From contig NZ_LN649255.1 of NCBI RefSeq assembly GCF_000953295.1, positions 30,001 through 62,000 on the forward strand: a stretch of 32,000 nt of DNA, given 5' to 3'. Numbering within the stretch: the first letter of the stretch is position 1; every line of letters begins with the position of its first letter. Positions 26,475-32,000 of this stretch are shown here, piece after piece. The translations under genes and the position numbers were made by a program. Source of the stretch: Candidatus Portiera aleyrodidarum. Lineage in GTDB: Bacteria; Pseudomonadota; Gammaproteobacteria; Johnevansiales; Johnevansiaceae. Under the pieces are notes generated by a model. The model had not been told where the DNA came from and did no database searches. It worked only from the letters and a program-made list of their open reading frames with translations.

Positions 26475-26838
26475 GTGAGAGAATTGATTTTTTAACTATT
26501 TTAGCTTTATTATTAGTTAACTTTGTATAAAAACAACTTCTTCTCCCAGAATGACAAGAAGGCCCATATTGATCTACTTTAAATAAAAGAGTGTCTGCAT
26601 CGCAATCTAAATACACTTCTTTTAATATCTGTATTTTTCCTGAAGTTTCTCCTTTTTGCCATTTTTTACACCTTGTTCGAGACCAATAACAAACATACCC
26701 TCCAATTTTTGTATCTAATAAAATAGTTTGATTTATCCAAGCTAACATTAATACTTCCCCACTATTAAATTGTTGAGCAATTACAGGTATCAAGCCTTCT
26801 TTATTCCAATTTAGAGATTCTATTGATTTTAAAAACAT
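26455..26838 (-). CDS. hisI: Phosphoribosyl-AMP cyclohydrolase
   Basis: 127 aa. Contains GLIPVIAQQ...GEVLMLAWIN, YWSRTR..W.KGETSG, LDCDADTLLFKVDQ.GP.CH.G..SCF. Its 3' end overlaps the convergent SufE-like gene by 20 nt. Confidence 0.9.
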   Translation of the reverse strand: MFLKSIESLNWNKEGLIPVIAQQFNSGEVLMLAWINQTILLDTKIGGYVCYWSRTRCKKWQKGETSGKIQILKEVYLDCDADTLLFKVDQYGPSCHSGRRSCFYTKLTNNKAKIVKKSILSPNLLYG

Positions 26839-26855
26839 TTTTTTTTCATATTTTT

Positions 26856-27788
26856 TTATATTATTCTAGCTATACTTTTTTTTATTTTTTTACTAATTAT
26901 ATCAATAAATGATAATTTTTTATTAAAAACTAATTTAAATATTTTTGCTTTTTTAGAACGTAATTCTAAATATTCTTCACTTGTAATAACTTTATCTATT
27001 AATCCCTCTTTAATCGCTTTCATCCCATACCAAATATCTCCTTCTGATACTTTATTAGGATTAATTATTTTAGGACGTCTATTAAAAACATAATCTTTAA
27101 ATAAATCATGAGTTTCTTTTAATTCTTTTATAAATTTAACCTTATCTTCATTAGTATTTGAACCTAATATAGTTAATGCACGTTTATGTTTTCCTGATGT
27201 TAAAATTTCTATATCTACATCATGTTTTTTTAAAAATCTATTAATATTAGGTACTTGTGCAACAACCCCTATTGAACCTACCATAGAAAATGGTGCGGCA
27301 AACAATTTATCTGCACAACAAGCCAACATATAACCTCCACTTGCTGCAACTTTATCAACACATATAGTTAATTTTATACTAGCTTTACGTAATCTATCTA
27401 ATTGAGCTGCAGCTAAACCGTAAGAATGTATAATACCACCACAAGATTCTAATCTTAATACTACCTCATCATTATTTTTTGCTCCACTTAAAATACTAGT
27501 TATTAATTCAGTTAATATTGGAGTAAAACTAGCATTTCTATCACCATAAAAATCAATTAACCATACTACTGGTATATCATCATTCTTATATCTTGTTGCA
27601 TTAACTAATGTAAGACTACGATTTTTAAAATACTCTCCCCAATCTGTTATTTTAATTTTATTTTGTTTAAAATAAACATTTTTCGTTTTTAAAAAAAATA
27701 AAATAATAATAAGAGCTATAAAAATAGTAAAGACTTTAGAAAAAAACAATACATAATCATAAAACCAATTAATCATATTAAATTCCAA
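26856..27788 (-). CDS. sohB: S49-family inner-membrane peptidase (SohB-like)
   Basis: 310 aa. An N-terminal TM helix is followed by the S49 core, with RLESCGG and the catalytic-Ser context DKVAASGGYMLAC. Confidence 0.85.
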   Translation of the reverse strand: MEFNMINWFYDYVLFFSKVFTIFIALIIILFFLKTKNVYFKQNKIKITDWGEYFKNRSLTLVNATRYKNDDIPVVWLIDFYGDRNASFTPILTELITSILSGAKNNDEVVLRLESCGGIIHSYGLAAAQLDRLRKASIKLTICVDKVAASGGYMLACCADKLFAAPFSMVGSIGVVAQVPNINRFLKKHDVDIEILTSGKHKRALTILGSNTNEDKVKFIKELKETHDLFKDYVFNRRPKIINPNKVSEGDIWYGMKAIKEGLIDKVITSEEYLELRSKKAKIFKLVFNKKLSFIDIISKKIKKSIARII

Positions 27789-27809
27789 TTTTATTTTGTT
27801 TAAAATAAG

Positions 27810-28514
27810 TTAAGTAATACGATCCCATAAACAAAATCCGGTTTTATTTCTAAGGCCATTTATATTTTCTCTATGTTCTAATAATTCTTTATTAACTGGA
27901 TATATAATTTTTAAATTACCTTTTTTTAAACTTTTTAATTTTTTTTTATTTTCAATATTTTTTAAATTTAATATAACTTGACCTCCTGTCATTGCTAAAT
28001 AAATTTCAGCTAGTATTTCAGCATCTAATAAAGCTCCATGTAAATTCCGATGTCTATTATCTATATTATAACGTTTACATAATCTATCTATACTATTTCT
28101 TTGTGCGGGATGATTTTTTATTGCTAATTTTAAAGTATCAATAATTGTACATTTACTTCTAACTGGGCCTATCTGATTTTGTTTACTTCTATTTCTATTA
28201 CAAATTGAAAATTCATAATCAATAAATCCAATATCAAATTCAGCATTGTGCATTATAATTTCAGATCCTTTAATAAAATTCCAAAAAGAATCAGCAATAT
28301 TAGAAAATATTGGTTTATCAATTAAAAATTCATTAGTAATACCATGTATTGCAATCGCCTTAGGATCAATAATAATTTCAGGATTAATATATTTATGATA
28401 GATTTTTCCAGTTAATTTCCGATTTCTCATTTCTATACAACCAATTTCAATTAATCTATGTCCGCTAGTATAATTAAGTCCAGTAGTTTCAGTATCTAAT
28501 ATTACTTGTCGCAT
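27810..28514 (-). CDS. dnaQ: DNA polymerase III subunit epsilon (3'-5' proofreading exonuclease)
   Basis: 234 aa with Exo I VILDTETTG, Exo II HNAEFDIGF and Exo III HGALLDAEILAEIY. Confidence 0.95.
   Translation of the reverse strand: MRQVILDTETTGLNYTSGHRLIEIGCIEMRNRKLTGKIYHKYINPEIIIDPKAIAIHGITNEFLIDKPIFSNIADSFWNFIKGSEIIMHNAEFDIGFIDYEFSICNRNRSKQNQIGPVRSKCTIIDTLKLAIKNHPAQRNSIDRLCKRYNIDNRHRNLHGALLDAEILAEIYLAMTGGQVILNLKNIENKKKLKSLKKGNLKIIYPVNKELLEHRENINGLRNKTGFCLWDRIT
28399..28435. repeat. 37-bp perfect direct repeat, copy 1 (native dnaQ codons ~27-39)
   Basis: TAGATTTTTCCAGTTAATTTCCGATTTCTCATTTCTA is identical to 28516-28552. On the minus strand it encodes the conserved DnaQ segment IEMRNRKLTGKIY. 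Confidence 0.95.
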
Positions 28515-30888
28515 TTAGATTTTTCCAGTTAATTTCCGATTTCTCATTTCTAGAAACAATGCCGTAACGGGTTTTTAAAGAAATTAGTATATTTTTTAAT
28601 AAATCTTCAATTTCTTTATCAAAAAGAGTTCTAAAGGGATGTTGCCAAGTTAATCTTAAAGCAATACTATTATATTCTTTATAAAAATCAGCATATACAT
28701 CAAATAATATTATTTCTATTAAATATTTTCCAGCTTTTCTACGAATAGTATCAATTATTTTAGATACAGATAAATTTTTGTTTATTAATAAAGCTAAATC
28801 ACGATTAATTTCAGGAAACCGAGATACATTATTAAATGTAGGTATTTTGCCTTTAAGTAAGTAGGCTAAATCTAATTCAAAAATAAAAATTTCAAATGGT
28901 AATCCAAAATAAGAAGAAATAGTAGGATTTAGTGCTCCAATCCATCCAACAGTTTTATTTTTACGTAAAATTTTTGCACTTTTACCTTGGTGCAATGCAG
29001 GATGTATAGCATATTTAAATTTCCAACTACTAAAATCACCACCTAATCTTATTAAAACTTCTATATCTCCTTTTATATCAAAAAATTCTGTTTTATAATT
29101 ATTTAAATTCCACCCGCCTATATAACGATTCCCAGTAAATATCCCTCCTAATTTTTCTACTTGTTTTACATTTTTTATATTTTTACCTAAAAATACTAAT
29201 CCAATTTCAAATAAAGCTATTCGTGTTTGTTGTCTATTTAAATTATAAAGAAGTGCTTTAATTAAACCAGGCCACAAACTAGATCGCATAACAGAAAATT
29301 CTTTTGAAAGAGGGTTATTTATTATAGGTGTGGATATCTTAGGTTGTAAATATTTCTGTAATTTAGGTGATATAAAACTATAAGTAATTACTTCTTGATA
29401 ACCACGAGAAATTAATTGTGAAGATATTTGATCTTTATTAATAAGTGATTCACTCTTTAAATTTGGTGTATATTGTATTTTTGGGTTACTTTTAGGCAAC
29501 TTCTTATATCCATGAATCCGTGCTAATTCCTCAATTAAATCTTCTTGTAGAAATATATCAAAACGCCAACTAGGTATTTTAATCCTCCAAAAGTTCATAT
29601 ATTTTTTTATTATTTTAAATCCTAACCTCTTTAAAATATCCGATATTTCATTTTTTTTTATATGGTAACCAAGTAATTTTTTTATATGTAAAAATTTTAA
29701 ATTAATTATATGTTTATTTGGTAAATCTGATTTAAATTCTATATGATTTATATTACCAGCATTACCACCCGAAATACTAATTAATAATTTAGTAATACGT
29801 TCCAACGCTCTATTTTGTATTTCACTGTCTACTCCACGCGAATAACGATATGCCAAATCAGTATCTAATCCATAAAAACTGGCTTTTCCTGCTATAATTG
29901 ATGGAGTAAAAAAAGCAGATAATAATAATATATTTCTAGTATCATTTCTAATGATAGTACGATCACTCCCTATTATTCCTGCAATATTTAATGGACCTAA
30001 ATCATCTGCAATTATTAATGTATCTTCTTTAAGTTCAATATTTTTCCCAGTTAATAATTTTATCTTTTCGGTGTTTTTTGCCATACGAACTGTTAATTTA
30101 CCCTTAAGATTATTTAAATCATAACAATTAATAGGTTGGCCAAGCTCTAACATAACATAATTAATAAGATCAACCATCAGGTCACTTGAAGCTATACCGT
30201 TAAGATAAAGTCGTTCATATATCCACCATGGCGTTTGTGTATTAACATTAATAGATTCAATAACTCTAATCGAGACTTTTGGACAATATTTTGGTACTTC
30301 AACCTTAATTGAATATGAAATTTTACTTGTAGTTTTTACTATATTGATAAAATGATTATCATTTAAATTAAGACGGTTGATTGCACAGAATTCTCTTGCT
30401 ATACCTATTAGACTTAAACAATCACTACGATTAGGTAAACATTCTATATCAATTACATTTTTTAAATTCATTATATCAAATCCGATTGGAGCATCTTTAG
30501 GAAATAATATAATATCGTTAACTTTACAAAAGTTTCCCCAAGATTCTATACCATAAAAATCTTTATTTATAATTTTTAAATTTTTAGGTAATAAACCCCC
30601 AATTTTAGCGAAAGCTATTTTTTGACCAACCGTAACAGTTTTACTAGATATTATTTGCCAATATTGTTTACCATCATTTATAATACATAAATTAAATTTA
30701 TCTGCATAATTAATAATTTTTTTTATACATGATATAACTACCCCAGTAACTTCTTTATTAACTAAATATGATGATTTTAATCCAATCATAGTTAGTTGTT
30801 CTGCAATAATATTGGAATCATATTTTAATGAAACCCATTCACATTTTAATTCAAACCATTCACTTATCCAAGTTTTTGAAACTTTCAT
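28489..30888 (-). CDS. pheT: Phenylalanyl-tRNA synthetase beta subunit (with ~18-aa non-homologous C-terminal read-through into dnaQ)
   Basis: 799 aa. tRNA-binding, B3/4, B5 and FDX-ACB domains are recognisable. Homology to PheT ends at ...LKTRYGIVSRN (E. coli ends ...LKERFQASLRD). The remaining EKSEINWKNLNATSNIRY is read from the duplicated dnaQ sequence and the dnaQ 5' end in another frame. Confidence 0.94.
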   Translation of the reverse strand: MKVSKTWISEWFELKCEWVSLKYDSNIIAEQLTMIGLKSSYLVNKEVTGVVISCIKKIINYADKFNLCIINDGKQYWQIISSKTVTVGQKIAFAKIGGLLPKNLKIINKDFYGIESWGNFCKVNDIILFPKDAPIGFDIMNLKNVIDIECLPNRSDCLSLIGIAREFCAINRLNLNDNHFINIVKTTSKISYSIKVEVPKYCPKVSIRVIESINVNTQTPWWIYERLYLNGIASSDLMVDLINYVMLELGQPINCYDLNNLKGKLTVRMAKNTEKIKLLTGKNIELKEDTLIIADDLGPLNIAGIIGSDRTIIRNDTRNILLLSAFFTPSIIAGKASFYGLDTDLAYRYSRGVDSEIQNRALERITKLLISISGGNAGNINHIEFKSDLPNKHIINLKFLHIKKLLGYHIKKNEISDILKRLGFKIIKKYMNFWRIKIPSWRFDIFLQEDLIEELARIHGYKKLPKSNPKIQYTPNLKSESLINKDQISSQLISRGYQEVITYSFISPKLQKYLQPKISTPIINNPLSKEFSVMRSSLWPGLIKALLYNLNRQQTRIALFEIGLVFLGKNIKNVKQVEKLGGIFTGNRYIGGWNLNNYKTEFFDIKGDIEVLIRLGGDFSSWKFKYAIHPALHQGKSAKILRKNKTVGWIGALNPTISSYFGLPFEIFIFELDLAYLLKGKIPTFNNVSRFPEINRDLALLINKNLSVSKIIDTIRRKAGKYLIEIILFDVYADFYKEYNSIALRLTWQHPFRTLFDKEIEDLLKNILISLKTRYGIVSRNEKSEINWKNLNATSNIRY
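28516..28552. repeat. 37-bp perfect direct repeat, copy 2 (fills the pheT/dnaQ junction)
   Basis: The sequence is identical to 28399-28435, offset by 117 bp. It begins 2 nt upstream of the dnaQ ATG and ends within the last homologous codons of pheT. Confidence 0.95.
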
Positions 30889-30894
30889 ATATAA

Positions 30895-31893
30895 TTAAAA
30901 CTGGCGCAAAATCCTTATATCATTCTTAAATAATGTACGTAAATCTTTAACCCCATAACGAAGCATAGTTAATCTTTCAACTCCCATTCCAAAAGCAAAA
31001 CCAGAATACTTAGTATTAATTTTTAAACGTTTTAATATCTTAGGATGAATCATTCCACAACCGATAACTTCTAACCAATCTGAATAAGGTTTCATACGAA
31101 TATCGACTTCAGCAGAAGGTTCTGTAAAAGGAAAATATGAAGGCCTAAATCTTACTTCTATTTTTTGTCCTTCAAAAAAACAATTAATAAAAATCTCAAT
31201 AGTACCTTTTAGATCAGAAAAACTAACACACTCATCAACTAATAATCCTTCAACTTGGTGAAACATAGGGCTATGATTTATATCTGCATCACACCGATAA
31301 ACTTTACCTGCCCCAATAATACTTAATGGTGGATTTTTTTTTTCCATTATTCTTATTAATATAGAAGATGTATGACTTCTCAACATATAATTTTCGTTAA
31401 AATAAAAAGTATCATGCATTGCTCGAGCCGGGTGATTTCTAGGCATATTTAATGCTTCAAAATTATGAAAGTCATCTTCTATTTCTGGACCATCAACTAA
31501 TTTATAACCAAGATTAAAAAATAAGTTTTTTATTCTATATAAAGTACGTGTAATAGGATGGAAGTTTCCTATATTTTGACCTCCTCTGCCTGGCAAAGTC
31601 ACATCAATTTTTTCTTTTGCTAATTTCTTCTTTATTCTTTCTTTTTGTAATAAATTCTTATGAAAATTAAACTTTTTATATAAATTTTTTTTAGTTTTAT
31701 TAATTGCTTCTCCAATAATCGGTTTATCATATGATTTTAATTTACTAATATTTTTTAATTGTAATGTTAATTTACCTTTATTACCAAAATATTGTAAACG
31801 AATTTCATTAAGCTTATTAATATTATTAGTTGTATTAATTTTTATATTTGCTTCTTCTACTAATTTAATAATCTTCCTGATCTCATACGACAT
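30895..31893 (-). CDS. pheS: Phenylalanyl-tRNA synthetase alpha subunit
   Basis: 332 aa with class II motifs: HPITRT, MHDTFY, LRSHTS, FRPSYFPFTEPSAEVD, GFAFGMGVERL. Confidence 0.97.
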   Translation of the reverse strand: MSYEIRKIIKLVEEANIKINTTNNINKLNEIRLQYFGNKGKLTLQLKNISKLKSYDKPIIGEAINKTKKNLYKKFNFHKNLLQKERIKKKLAKEKIDVTLPGRGGQNIGNFHPITRTLYRIKNLFFNLGYKLVDGPEIEDDFHNFEALNMPRNHPARAMHDTFYFNENYMLRSHTSSILIRIMEKKNPPLSIIGAGKVYRCDADINHSPMFHQVEGLLVDECVSFSDLKGTIEIFINCFFEGQKIEVRFRPSYFPFTEPSAEVDIRMKPYSDWLEVIGCGMIHPKILKRLKINTKYSGFAFGMGVERLTMLRYGVKDLRTLFKNDIRILRQF

Positions 31894-31896
31894 TTT

Positions 31897-32000
31897 TCAT
31901 TCCATATTATTTTTAACAGTTTGAATTATATTATAAAAATAATTTTTTTTTCTAATAGCAAACTCTGCAATTATTTTTCGATCAATATTAATCTTATATT
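31897..32000 (-). CDS. rplT: 50S ribosomal protein L20, 3' end only (5' part outside window)
   Basis: Minus-strand translation to the window edge gives YKINIDRKIIAEFAIRKKNYFYNIIQTVKNNME*. This matches the L20 C-terminus pattern (..INRK.LA..A..D...F..L....K). Its stop TGA lies 3 nt before the pheS ATG, in the conserved rplT-pheS order. Confidence 0.85.
   Translation of the reverse strand, partial: YKINIDRKIIAEFAIRKKNYFYNIIQTVKNNME

Noticed and set aside
1-32000. Alternative genetic code (UGA=Trp), as in some tiny betaproteobacterial symbionts
   Set aside because: Conserved Trp positions are encoded by TGG. TGA terminates rplT, nfuA and the pheT ORF. No conserved protein is interrupted by an in-frame TGA.

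Overview
This is an extremely AT-rich, almost gap-free housekeeping and biosynthetic stretch, typical of a reduced-genome bacterial endosymbiont. The genetic code looks standard: TGG encodes Trp, and TAA/TAG/TGA end conserved proteins where expected. I call 35 protein genes (two cut by the window edges), one tRNA, and a few small repeats and hairpins.

Gene content:
- Amino-acid biosynthesis: class I DAHP synthase, metE, aroK, aroB, aroC, leuA, leuC/D/B, asd, trpF, hisE, hisI.
- Proteostasis and stress: hslVU, a periplasmic HtrA-family protease, sohB, cspA.
- Translation and RNA: rpmE, rpmF (missing from the ORF track), rplT, serS, pheST, tRNA-Leu(UAG), rne, rluC, truA.
- Replication: holB, dnaQ.
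- Sulfur and Fe-S trafficking: a tusE-nfuA-SufE-like trio.
- Transport: one MFS_3-type and one LysE/ArgO-type transporter.

Gene order (rne<>rluC-rpmF-acpP; leuC-leuD-leuB-asd-truA-trpF) points to a proteobacterium, most like Burkholderiales-type Betaproteobacteria. A trypanosomatid or insect symbiont lineage is only a guess.

I see no mobile elements, CRISPR, prophage, toxin-antitoxin or defence genes, and no convincing novel multi-gene system. The items most worth a second look are:
- a perfect 37-bp duplication of internal dnaQ sequence at the pheT/dnaQ junction;
- a three-arm GC-rich alternative-hairpin element at the leuA/cspA convergence;
- an MFS transporter with an extra C-terminal soluble domain and atypical composition;
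- a LysE-family exporter sitting where trpB/trpA are expected;
- an RNase E cut off just after its membrane anchor;
- collapse of the rpmF-fab-acpP-holB neighbourhood;
- an eroded LeuA regulatory domain.
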